Positions 17,543-26,450 of a DNA stretch of 38,395 bases are shown piece by piece. The stretch's first letter is position 1. Each line of letters begins with the position of its first letter. The notes under the pieces were generated by a model that was given only the letters and a program-made list of their open reading frames with translations, was not told the DNA's origin and searched no databases. Both the position numbers and the translations under genes were made by a program. Source of the stretch: Thermoplasmata archaeon (GTDB lineage: Archaea; Thermoplasmatota; Thermoplasmata; Lutacidiplasmatales; UBA184); assembly GCA_030037695.1 (NCBI GenBank), contig JASHQF010000020.1, positions 1 to 38,395 on the forward strand, given 5' to 3'.

Positions 17543-17801
17543 GCGAGCCTTGGGCCGCCCCGACCGGGCCAGGGGGCGGGATCCGATTCCGGAGGGAGCC
17601 CCCTGGGATGGAAGTTTTCGGGCTCCATGGGCGAATCCTACAGCGAATTCGCAGGAGCTGGGGCGCGGGGGATTCTTGAGCCGCTACGGCGGAATCGCGT
17701 GGGCCCGGCCCGCGCTCTCTCTCCGCCCGGGGTGCGGCTGGTTTCGTTCCTCCCGCGAGCGCCTCCAGATGCGCTTAAGGAACCGGACGCATCGCAAGCC
17801 C

Positions 17802-19760
17802 GTGGCCGCCGACCGCCGCCTCGCGGCTGTGATGTTCACGGACACGGTCGGCTACACGGCGTCGACGCAGACCAACGAGGGGCACGCCCTCGATCTCCTG
17901 CGCCAGCAGAGCGAGCTGCTCCGCCCCGTCGTCGCCCTGCATCAGGGGCGCGAGGTGAAGTCGACGGGCGACGGGTTCCTGGTCGAGTTCGACAGCGCCC
18001 TGAAGGCCGTGCAGTGCGCCGTGAACATCCAACGGCGGATCTCCGAGCGGAACTCCGAGGGGGGCCAGAAGCCGATCCGGATCCGCATCGGCGTGCACCT
18101 GGGGGACGTCGTTCGGACGGGCCCCGACATCCTGGGCGATGCGGTGAACATCGCGGCCCGGATCGAACCGCTCGCCGAGCCGGGGGGCATCTGCGTCTCG
18201 GGGGCGGTCTTCGAGCAGGTGCGCTCGAAGGTCACGGACCAGTTCGAGAAGCTCGAGCCGCGGGTCCTCAAGGGCCTCGCCGCTCCGATCGACGTCTACC
18301 GCGTGGTGCCCTCGTGGGAAGGGAGCGGCGGGAGCGTCGCGAGGGACGCCGCGCTCCTCGCGGACAAGACCCGGATCGCCGTGCTCCCGTTCGCCAACAT
18401 CAGCCCGGACCCGAACGACGAGTACTTCGCGGACGGGCTGACGGAGGAGCTGATCGCCAACCTGTCGCTCGTACCGGGCCTCAAGGTGATCGCCCGGACC
18501 TCGGTGATCGGGTACAAGAAGGCCGAGAAGAAGGTCGCCGCGATCGGCAAGGAGCTCGGGGTCGGGACGGTCGTCGAGGGGAGCGTCCGGCGGGCCGCGA
18601 ACAAGATCCGGGTCACCGTGCAGGTGATCGACGTCGCCACGGAGGAGCATCTCTGGACGGCGAAGTACGACGACGATCTCGACGACATCTTCGCCGTCCA
18701 GAGCGAGATCGCCACGAAGGTCGCGACCTCGCTGCCCGGGAGCCTCGTCCAACCCCAGGTCCCGGTGCCGGAGCTCGAGCGCCCGAAGGAGACCCAGGCG
18801 TACCTCGCCTACCTCCAGGGGCAGTCGCTCATCTGGAAGACGGACGAGCCGTCCTTGCGCAAGTCGCTGGACCATTTCCAACGGGCGATCGAGACCGATC
18901 CGACGTTCGCGCGGGCCTACGCCGGCCTCGCCCGGGCGTACATCAACCTCGGCAACGAGGGGTACCTCACCTGGACCGGCGCGATCGAGATGGGCCAGGC
19001 GGCCGCCGAGCGGGCGAGCAAGCTCGATCCGGATCTCGCGGAGGCGCACGAGCTGCTCGGGGAGCTCGCGTTCATGGCCGACGCTCCGGCGGAGATCCTC
19101 GACAAGGAGCTGCGCCGGGCCCTGGAGCTGAACCCCAACCTCGCGCAGGCCCACAGCATGCTGAGCTCGCTGGCCGGCTCCTTCGGGATCCTGGAGTCGT
19201 ACCTCCTCCTCGCGGACGAGGCGTACCGGCTCGATCCGCTCTCCCCGCCGATGATCCGCCGGCAGGGCGAGGCGTACTTCAACTCGGGTCAGTACGAGGA
19301 GGCGCTGGCCCACTGGAAGAAGCACATCGAGTCGGACCCGCTCGACGCCTACCGCGGGATGGCCGAGTACTGCATCTTCAAGGGGGATCTCGCGGGGGCC
19401 GAGAAGATGGTACGCGAGGTCGAGCGCGTGGCTCCGAACAGCGACCCCGCGTTCCTCTGGCGAGGGTACCTCGCGGCGCTGCACGGCGATCGGGCCACCG
19501 CGGAGCGCATGATCGCCAAGATCGACGAGGTGTTCAAGAAGGGAAGTTCGCGCCAGTCGTCGATCGGGTACATCTACTACGCGCTCGGCGAGCTCGACCG
19601 GTTCTTCGAGTACATGGTCGCGGCGGCGAAGAACCACACGCTGCAGGCGGTGCGGGTCCGCCTCTCTCCGCTGCTGGCGGCGGCCCGGAGGGATCCGCGG
19701 TTCGTGATGCTCGTGATCCAGGCCGGGCGGCCGATGCAGGCCTCCAAGCACGCGGGCTGA
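17802..19760 (+). CDS. class III adenylate cyclase - TolB-like - TPR protein (copy 3)
   Basis: RRLAAVMFTDTVGYT, VKSTGDG, PDILGDAVNIAARIE, IAVLPFANISPDPNDEYFADGLTEELI, TPRs, terminal RRDPR. GTG 17802 lies about 23 nt after CTTAAG (alternative ATG 17769). Confidence 0.92.
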   Translation: MAADRRLAAVMFTDTVGYTASTQTNEGHALDLLRQQSELLRPVVALHQGREVKSTGDGFLVEFDSALKAVQCAVNIQRRISERNSEGGQKPIRIRIGVHLGDVVRTGPDILGDAVNIAARIEPLAEPGGICVSGAVFEQVRSKVTDQFEKLEPRVLKGLAAPIDVYRVVPSWEGSGGSVARDAALLADKTRIAVLPFANISPDPNDEYFADGLTEELIANLSLVPGLKVIARTSVIGYKKAEKKVAAIGKELGVGTVVEGSVRRAANKIRVTVQVIDVATEEHLWTAKYDDDLDDIFAVQSEIATKVATSLPGSLVQPQVPVPELERPKETQAYLAYLQGQSLIWKTDEPSLRKSLDHFQRAIETDPTFARAYAGLARAYINLGNEGYLTWTGAIEMGQAAAERASKLDPDLAEAHELLGELAFMADAPAEILDKELRRALELNPNLAQAHSMLSSLAGSFGILESYLLLADEAYRLDPLSPPMIRRQGEAYFNSGQYEEALAHWKKHIESDPLDAYRGMAEYCIFKGDLAGAEKMVREVERVAPNSDPAFLWRGYLAALHGDRATAERMIAKIDEVFKKGSSRQSSIGYIYYALGELDRFFEYMVAAAKNHTLQAVRVRLSPLLAAARRDPRFVMLVIQAGRPMQASKHAG

Positions 19761-19794
19761 CGCGCGGACGACGGCACCGCGGGCGCGCGGGGAC

Positions 19795-20190
19795 CTAGTC
19801 CTCGGGGTTCAGGGTGAGGACGTTCCCGTCCGGGTCCGCGATGCGGGCGAACTTCCCCCACGGTCGTTTCGTCACGGGCGCGTCCAGCCGGACCCCGCGG
19901 CGCTCCAGCTCGGCGACCTTCTTCTCGAAGTTGCCGCGCACGTGGAACGTGATCCCCTGGTTCCCCGGGCTCAGCTCTTCCCCGATCTCCGAGCCCTGGC
20001 AGAGATGGATCAGCCCGTTCTCGCCCCGGTGCCCCACGGTCACCCAGTGGCCGAGGTCCTGGACGACCTCGAGATCGAGCTGGGACGTGTACCAGGCCAC
20101 CGCTCGCTGGCGGTCCGACACCACGATCGTGATCGCGAAGAGGTAGAGCTCCGACTCGTGCGGGGACTTCGCCTTCGAGGTCGCTGCCAT
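19795..20190 (-). CDS. VOC/glyoxalase family protein
   Basis: ITIVVSDRQRAVAWY..LDL, ITFHV, PWGKFARIADPDGNVLTL. Start taken at ATG 20190. Confidence 0.88.
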   Translation of the reverse strand: MAATSKAKSPHESELYLFAITIVVSDRQRAVAWYTSQLDLEVVQDLGHWVTVGHRGENGLIHLCQGSEIGEELSPGNQGITFHVRGNFEKKVAELERRGVRLDAPVTKRPWGKFARIADPDGNVLTLNPED

Positions 20191-20562
20191 GGAGCGGGCA
20201 CGGCGCCTACGGTCAAGATGACGCGGGGGGTCCAGGGGAGGCGTTCGAGGGCGCCGAGGACGAGCGAGCCGCCGGGTCGACGCGCGCTCGGGACCGAGGT
20301 ATCGGGCCGGCGCACCGCGCGCGAGCCAGCCTACGACCGTCGTTTCAGGGCCCGGCGAAGGTGATCGTCGAACCAAGTACGGTACAACCAGAACCGGCGG
20401 GGGAAGAGGAGTTCGCTCGGAGCAGCTCCGGTCTCGCCGGAGCTAGCCGTTTCCCGCCACGACCCGATCTACGCTTTCGGGCCCGCCGGGGCAGCGCTCC
20501 GCGGTCCGGGGTCGGCAGTGCAACGCGTATCCCGAGCCTTCGCCTCCGGGACCCCGACGCAG

Positions 20563-21108
20563 ATGGAGAGGAACGCCTCTTCCGGCGCCGCGGGCACCGG
20601 GCTCGCCTCGTGCCGGCGGGTGCGTTGGCCGGACGATCTCCCGACGGTCCGTCGCCTCTTCCTGGACTACCGGCAATGGCTTGCGGACCACCAGGATCCC
20701 GACGCTCGATCGAGACCCAGGGTGCTGTCGGGGCTCTCCCTGGTCGACCGGCTCATCGCGGAGCTCCCCGGGGCCTACGGACCCCCGACCGGTGACATCC
20801 TGCTGTGGTTCCAGGACGGGAGCGTCGTCGCGTGCGGTGCGCTTCGTGAGCTAGTGCCCCGGGTCGGTGAGATCAAGCGCATCTACGTTCGACCGGAGTT
20901 CCGCGGCAAGGGGTTCGGGCCCACGTTCGTCCGAGCGCTCCTCGACCGGGCGCGGGAGGTCGGGTACGAGCGGCTGCGGGTCGACACGTTGCCGTCGATG
21001 CAGGCTGCGATCGAGTTCTACCAGGAGCTCGGGTTCCGCCCGATCCCCTCGTTCTGGCCCCACCCCGTGAGGGACGCGCTGTTCTTCGAGCGTCGCCTCG
21101 TCGACTGA
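20563..21108 (+). CDS. GNAT N-acetyltransferase
   Basis: GEIKRIYVRPEFRGKGFG and LRVDTLPSMQAAIEFYQELGF. Start uncertain. Confidence 0.9.
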   Translation: MERNASSGAAGTGLASCRRVRWPDDLPTVRRLFLDYRQWLADHQDPDARSRPRVLSGLSLVDRLIAELPGAYGPPTGDILLWFQDGSVVACGALRELVPRVGEIKRIYVRPEFRGKGFGPTFVRALLDRAREVGYERLRVDTLPSMQAAIEFYQELGFRPIPSFWPHPVRDALFFERRLVD

Positions 21109-21302
21109 TCTCAGGTGCCGCCGGTGCGGGCGTCTCCCGAGCCCCCGGGGACCCGTGGCTCGGATGCCCTCCCCCCTCGGGACCCGAGTAGGCGAGCGGA
21201 AGGGGACCTAGACCCACGGAAGGACCCCGATCTTGGCCCCCCTTCCGCGGGTCGCGAAGCACGCTCCTCAACGGCTTTCAGGTGCGGGGGGTAGCCCGCA
21301 GG

Positions 21303-21938
21303 GTGAGACCCACGACCCGAGGCGCCTGCTCGCCCCGCCACTGGCTCGGGTACTATCGATGGACGGCGGACCGACCGCCGCGGGAGCTCCTGCTCCAAAC
21401 GCTGAACCACATCGACTGGGAGGGCCGACGGCGACGCCGCCGCGAGGCGGTCGAGCTCGGGTTCGGCTCGGGGACCGACGCGCTCGAGCTCCTCCGCCGA
21501 GGCTGGCGCGTGCTGGCGATCGACGGGCAGGTGGCCGCCGCGAAGTTCCTGGAGCGTCGCGTGCCCCCGCGGCTGCGCGCCTCGCTGACCACGGTGGTCG
21601 CCCCGATGGAGGGGCTGGAGCTGCCTCCGACCGACCTCGTCTACGCCAGCTTCTCGCTCCCGTTCTGCGACCCGGAGCGTTTCCCCGACCTTTGGCGGAC
21701 CATCCGTACGTCGCTCCGACCCGGGGGGCATTTTGCGGGTCAGCTGTTCGGGACCGACGATGCCTGGGCCGGTCGCCGACCGTTCAGCTTCTTCGACCGG
21801 GCCGGAGTGCAGCGCCTGGCCCGGGGGTACACGATCGAGCTCCTGCGGGAGACGGTCGAGGAGGGCCGATCGTACCGCGGGCCGAAGCATTGGCACTACT
21901 TCGATGTGATCCTGGAAAAGCCCGGCCGTGTGCCTTGA
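21303..21938 (+). CDS. class I SAM-dependent methyltransferase (TehB-like)
   Basis: Motif I AVELGFGSGTD, VLAID, DLVYASFSLPF, LRPGG. Start is GTG 21303 or 21282. Confidence 0.88.
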   Translation: MRPTTRGACSPRHWLGYYRWTADRPPRELLLQTLNHIDWEGRRRRRREAVELGFGSGTDALELLRRGWRVLAIDGQVAAAKFLERRVPPRLRASLTTVVAPMEGLELPPTDLVYASFSLPFCDPERFPDLWRTIRTSLRPGGHFAGQLFGTDDAWAGRRPFSFFDRAGVQRLARGYTIELLRETVEEGRSYRGPKHWHYFDVILEKPGRVP

Positions 21939-21995
21939 GGCGGACCGCCCCGGCCCACGGCCGCCCGTTCGCGGCCCGTACGGCTTCGGAAGAAC

Positions 21996-23075
21996 TCACG
22001 CCAGGGCGTCCGGCCGTGCGAGATCCGGGGTCCGCTCCGAGTCGACGCCGGGTCCGTCCATCCGGAGCAGTTGCTTGCCCACGTTCTCCCCGGCGTACAG
22101 ACGGGCCAGCCCGCGAGGGGCCTCGCGAAGGCCCACGAGGACGTCCTCCTTGGACTTGAGGCGGCCCGACCGGAGCAGCGGCAGCATCGCCGAGATCGCC
22201 TCCTCCCGCCGAGGGATGTAGTCCCGGCCCAGCAGGCCCTCCATCCTTCCGTTGACCATGACGAGGTTGAGGTAGCTCCCCGGACCGGGGGGCGGGGGCT
22301 GCACGGCGTAGCGGGAGGTCGCGCCACTCAACACTACGCGCCCGCCCTGCCTCAACCGCTCCAGCGCGAGGTCGAGGAGGGGCCCGCCGTCGTTGTCGAA
22401 GAAGATGTCGATGCCGTCCGGGCAGAGGGCGGCGAGCCGCGGGCCGACGTCCTCGCTCTTGTAGTTGATCGCGGCGTCGACCCCCGCCTCGCGGGTCAGC
22501 CACTCGCACTTCGCCGCCGATCCCGCCACCCCGATCACCCGAAGGCCGTGGATCTTGGCGAGCTGCGAGGCGATCGAGCCCACCCCTCCCGCCGCCCCCG
22601 AGATGACGATCGTCTCCCCGCGCTTCGGCCGGGCGACCTCGTGGATGCCAAAGTACGCGACGAGGCCGGTGAGCCCGAACACTCCGAGCGCCCAGTTGGG
22701 GGGGATCCCGTCCGGGACCCGGTAGGTCGGGCTGAAGCTCTTTCCGTCGGTGACGGAATAGTCCTCCCAGCCCATATGGCCGTGCACGATCTGCCCGGGC
22801 GAGAACTCGGGGTGGCGCGACTCGACGATGCGCGAGACCGCGATCGTGCTCATCGCCTCCCCGAGCGGGATCCCGCCGGAGTCCGGCACCGCAGGGTCGG
22901 CCGGGGCGATCAGGAACCGCTGCGTGGGTTCGAAGGAGAACCAGAGATTGCGGGCGAGGAACTGCCCGTCGGCCGGGGTAGGCACAGGAGACTCGACCCA
23001 CCGGAAGTTCGCCTCGGAGATCTCCCCGGCGGAGTGCCGGGCCACGAGCCACCTCCGGTTCGTCCGGGCCGTCAT
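21996..23075 (-). CDS. NADP-dependent alkenal reductase (PTGR1/CurA-like MDR)
   Basis: NRRWLVAR, GLTGLVAYFG, VISGAAGGVGSIASQLAK, DGIDIFFDNDGG, GENVGKQL. Confidence 0.9.
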   Translation of the reverse strand: MTARTNRRWLVARHSAGEISEANFRWVESPVPTPADGQFLARNLWFSFEPTQRFLIAPADPAVPDSGGIPLGEAMSTIAVSRIVESRHPEFSPGQIVHGHMGWEDYSVTDGKSFSPTYRVPDGIPPNWALGVFGLTGLVAYFGIHEVARPKRGETIVISGAAGGVGSIASQLAKIHGLRVIGVAGSAAKCEWLTREAGVDAAINYKSEDVGPRLAALCPDGIDIFFDNDGGPLLDLALERLRQGGRVVLSGATSRYAVQPPPPGPGSYLNLVMVNGRMEGLLGRDYIPRREEAISAMLPLLRSGRLKSKEDVLVGLREAPRGLARLYAGENVGKQLLRMDGPGVDSERTPDLARPDALA

Positions 23076-23227
23076 GCTGGGTCCCCTCGCCTTGAGCGAT
23101 AGCGCTTCCGCGACGTAGTCTCCGCCACGGTCTATAGCTTGTCGAACCTTCGGGGAGGTTCGGTGCACGGCCCGAGGGTCGTGCGTGACTCGCGATTATC
23201 ATCCCCGCCGGCGTGGGCCCGCGGCAG

Positions 23228-23743
23228 ATGGACCCGACCGTCACCGTCCGGAGGATCGAGGAGCGGGAGTGGCTCGCGTTCCGCGCGCTCCGGCTCCGTT
23301 CGCTGAAGAGCGATCCGCTCGCGTTCGGCAGTACCCTCGCGAAGGAAGCGAAATACCCCGACGGAAAGTGGCAGGAGTGGTGCCGCTACGGCGCCATCAG
23401 CCCCGAAGGGGCGACGTTCGTCGCCGTCGACCGTGCCGACGCCCTCGTCGGGATGGTCGGATCGTTCACCGACACGGGCCGGCCCCACCTCTGGGGGCTC
23501 TGGGTGCGGCCCGAGCATCGCCGCCGATCGATCGGCCGGCAGCTGATGGACGCCGTGCTCGACTGGGTCGACCACGCCGGCCCGCCGCGGGCGGTGCTCC
23601 TCGACGTGAACCCGTCCCGGGACGGTGCCGTACGGCTCTACGAAGCGCTCGGCTTCGCCTTCAGCGGGATCGAGCAGCCGCTCGGTCACGATCCGCCGGC
23701 GATCGCTCGCCAGATGGTGCGACCGACGGCCGGCGGCCGCTGA
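23228..23743 (+). CDS. GNAT N-acetyltransferase
   Basis: RALRLRSLKSDPLAFGST, LWVRPEHRRRSIGRQL, AVRLYEALGF. Confidence 0.9.
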   Translation: MDPTVTVRRIEEREWLAFRALRLRSLKSDPLAFGSTLAKEAKYPDGKWQEWCRYGAISPEGATFVAVDRADALVGMVGSFTDTGRPHLWGLWVRPEHRRRSIGRQLMDAVLDWVDHAGPPRAVLLDVNPSRDGAVRLYEALGFAFSGIEQPLGHDPPAIARQMVRPTAGGR

Positions 23744-23776
23744 GCGAGGGACCTGATCGCGGTTCGCGGCCCAAGA

Positions 23777-24478
23777 TCACTTCGCCAGGGCCACGAGGTC
23801 GCGCGCGAGCTCCGCGGGTCGGGTGAGCATCGGCCAGTGACCCGCTTCGAGGATCCGGTGGGGCCCCTCGAGCTTGCCCCACTTGCCCGCGACGATCTCG
23901 TCGACCGGATCCCCGCTCAGGGTGCAGAAGATGTACGACTCCTGGACGCGGTCGTAGTCCGCCGAGAGGGTGATCGGGTCCGTCCCGAGCTTCACGGGCC
24001 AAGGTGTGGCGTGGGCCAGCATGCGCTTCAACGCCGGCCCCGTGACGTCCTTACCGATCCGTCCGACGATCTCCGGAGTGAGGGGGATCCCCGTCGCTCC
24101 CTCGGGAGCCGGGCCGAACTCCCGCGTGGGGTCGAACCCGCCCTGGGGCTCGCGCACCCTCTCGGGCCGGAACGCATCGACATAGATGACCGAGCGAACC
24201 TTGTCGTGGGCGCGGTCGGCCACGGCCGCAGCGACCTTGCCGGCGAAACTGTGCCCCACCAGCACGAGGTCGTCGAGATCGTTGTACCGGATCACGTTGA
24301 GCACATCCCGGGTCGCGGTCTCCATGCCCACCTCCTTCGAGGCGAGGTGGACCCGCTCGCCCATCCCGGTGAGGGTCACCGGGACCGCGACATGGCCCGC
24401 CTTCGCGAGCGGGGGAACGACCTCTTTCCAGGCCCACGCCCCGAGCCAGGCGCCCGGGATCAGGACGAACTGCGTCAT
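23777..24478 (-). CDS. alpha/beta hydrolase (methylesterase/salicylate esterase-like)
   Basis: FVLIPGAWLGAWAW, nucleophile elbow GHSFAG, catalytic His in AGHWPML. CTTAAG box about 25 nt upstream. Confidence 0.9.
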   Translation of the reverse strand: MTQFVLIPGAWLGAWAWKEVVPPLAKAGHVAVPVTLTGMGERVHLASKEVGMETATRDVLNVIRYNDLDDLVLVGHSFAGKVAAAVADRAHDKVRSVIYVDAFRPERVREPQGGFDPTREFGPAPEGATGIPLTPEIVGRIGKDVTGPALKRMLAHATPWPVKLGTDPITLSADYDRVQESYIFCTLSGDPVDEIVAGKWGKLEGPHRILEAGHWPMLTRPAELARDLVALAK

Positions 24479-24562
24479 CGGCGGCTGCGAGGAGCGGCCC
24501 GGCTTAAGACGCCCCCCGGGACGGCGTGGAACACCCCTCCTCGCGGCCCCATCGGGGCTAGC

Positions 24563-24982
24563 TCACGGGAAGGAGCCCGGGGGGCCGATGCCGGAGGGCC
24601 CCCCGATCCAGTTCCAGAAATCGTCCCGCCAGAAGTCGACCTCGGCCCGGACGTGCCGAAGGGGGATGACGTGGAGTCCGGCGTTCTCGGCCTCCCGAAG
24701 GCGATGCCGGAGCTGGTCGACGGTCTCGTCCGAGAGGACCTTCAGGACGGCCTCGAGCGCCGAGCGGAACCCGACGTCGAGGATCCGGTCCGGGTGGCGC
24801 AGCACGAGGCGGTAGTGGTGGTGACCGCCCGAGCCCTCCACGCGCAGCACCTGCCACTCGAGCCGCTCGCCGCGCTGCCCGGCGAGACGGAACGCGGCCA
24901 AGTTGCCGAGCGATTGCGCGACGAAGTTTTCCTCGCCGAGCCCGGCCCGAAGGTAGATCGCGACCTCGACCCCGCGGTGCAT
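24563..24982 (-). CDS. hypothetical protein
   Basis: 139-aa ORF with host-like GC3 bias and globular composition, ending in an aromatic DFWRDDFWNWIG motif. No family recognised. Confidence 0.65.
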   Translation of the reverse strand: MHRGVEVAIYLRAGLGEENFVAQSLGNLAAFRLAGQRGERLEWQVLRVEGSGGHHHYRLVLRHPDRILDVGFRSALEAVLKVLSDETVDQLRHRLREAENAGLHVIPLRHVRAEVDFWRDDFWNWIGGPSGIGPPGSFP

Positions 24983-25094
24983 CGGACCCCGGGGCGCTAG
25001 GTCCGCGGGTTCTTGAGAGCCGTCGTTCCCACGCTCGCCGGCCCCCGCGCGGGCCCCCCTCCTGCGCTAAGTCCTCGGGCTCGATGCCCCGGAC

Positions 25095-26081
25095 GTGCGG
25101 ACTCGACGCCTCGGTCGGCGCGGACCTACCGTCTCCGCGATCGGGCTCGGGTGCATGGGCATGTCCCAGTCGTACGGTCGGCCCGACGACCCGGAATCGC
25201 GGGCCACCCTCGATCGCGCCCTCGAGCTCGGGATCACGTTCCTCGACACCGCCGACATCTACGGTCCGTTCGCGAACGAGGAGCTCGTGGGCCGGGCGAT
25301 CCAGGGGCGACGCGAGCGAGTGTTCCTCGCCACGAAGTGCGGCCTGGCCCCGGGCGAGCCCGGCGGGCCGAACCGGGTCGACGGTTCCCCCGAGCACATC
25401 CGAGCGGCGTGCGAGGCGAGCCTGCGCCGGCTCGGGGTCCCGTCGATCGACCTGTACTACCTGCACCGCGTCGACCCCCGCACCCCGATCGAGGAGAGCG
25501 TGCGGGCGATGGCGTCGCTCGTGGCGGAAGGCAAGGTCCGCTACCTCGGTCTCTCCGAGGTCAGCGCGCGGACGCTGCGCCGCGCCCACGGGGTCCACCC
25601 GATCACGGCGGTGCAGAGCGAGTACTCCCTCTGGACCCGCGACCCCGAGGAGGGGGTCCTCGCGGCCTGTCGGGAGCTCGGGATCGGCTTCGTGCCGTTC
25701 AGCCCGCTCGGGCGGGGATTTCTCGCGGGCGGCGTCCGCTCGCTCGAAGGCCTACCTCCCGGGGACTTCCGTCGCACGCTGCCGCGCTTCTCGGCCGAGA
25801 ACCTGGACCGCAACCTCCGGCTCGCGGACGGGCTCGGGGCGCTCGCCGCAGAGCTCGGATGCCGGCCCGCGCAGCTCGCTCTGGCGTGGCTCCTCGCGCA
25901 GGGGGAGGAGATCGTGCCGATCCCCGGGACCAAGCGGCGGACGTACCTCGAGGAGAACGCGGCTGCGGTCGACCTGGTGCTCCCCGCCGCGACCCGCGAG
26001 AGTCTGGACGCCCTGTTCGCGCGCGAGGCGGTCGCAGGGGCGCGGTACCCACCGTCCTCCCAAGCGATGGTCGACCGGTAG
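25095..26081 (+). CDS. aldo/keto reductase
   Basis: [50 protein letters not shown]. Confidence 0.95.
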   Translation: MRTRRLGRRGPTVSAIGLGCMGMSQSYGRPDDPESRATLDRALELGITFLDTADIYGPFANEELVGRAIQGRRERVFLATKCGLAPGEPGGPNRVDGSPEHIRAACEASLRRLGVPSIDLYYLHRVDPRTPIEESVRAMASLVAEGKVRYLGLSEVSARTLRRAHGVHPITAVQSEYSLWTRDPEEGVLAACRELGIGFVPFSPLGRGFLAGGVRSLEGLPPGDFRRTLPRFSAENLDRNLRLADGLGALAAELGCRPAQLALAWLLAQGEEIVPIPGTKRRTYLEENAAAVDLVLPAATRESLDALFAREAVAGARYPPSSQAMVDR

Positions 26082-26223
26082 GCGACGACGACCCGCCGCG
26101 AGTCCCCCGACCCCGAGCCGCGTCGTGCCGACGGGCCCCTCGCGTCGTGGGGAGCCCGGGCCGCGTCGAGGTCCCCTCCGCGAGCCGACGCATGCCACCT
26201 CCGCCGGCGGTGCGGGGTCCCAA

Positions 26224-26231
26224 TTCATATA
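26224..26231 (+). promoter_or_regulatory. TATA box of tRNA-iMet
   Basis: TTCATATA about 25 nt upstream of the tRNA 5' end, in otherwise GC-rich sequence. Confidence 0.6.
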
Positions 26232-26255
26232 CGGCACCCTTCATGGCGGAGCCGC

Positions 26256-26356
26256 AGCGGGGTGGGGTAGTCAGGAAAGCGCCGGCGCTCCCGGCGCCCT
26301 GAAATCCCGACGGGCTCATAACCCGTAGATCCATGGTTCAAATCCATGCCCCGCTA
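26256..26356 (+). tRNA. initiator tRNA-Met (CAT) with an intron in the D-loop; CCA not encoded
   Basis: Acceptor stem AGCGGGG/CCCCGCT (A1-U72). Anticodon arm ACGGG-CTCATAA-CCCGT with three G-C pairs. T arm CATGG-TTCAAAT-CCATG. Removing 26278-26303 gives a canonical 75-nt tRNA. Confidence 0.95.
26278..26303 (+). other. 26-nt tRNA intron at position 20a/21 with a relaxed bulge-helix-bulge motif
   Basis: CAGG-AAA-GCGCCGG-CGCTC-CCGGCGC-CCTG-AAA: 4-bp central helix CAGG/CCTG flanked by two AAA bulges, plus a 7-bp intron stem. Confidence 0.88.
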
Positions 26357-26450
26357 CTCTCCCACGCCAGCGTTCGCCTGACGTTGGGGACGAGATCCCG
26401 GACCTAGAGACCGGAGGCTCGGGGGGCCCCGCTCCGCCGGGTACGGTCGT

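Noticed and set aside
20191-20562. Long intergenic gap between VOC and GNAT checked for RNase P, SRP or 5S RNA
   Set aside because: No GAGGAAAGTCC or other diagnostic motifs on either strand.
26330-26400. tRNA 3' end as an attachment site for the upstream accessory region
   Set aside because: I found no duplicate of the tRNA 3' end and no integrase in the window.
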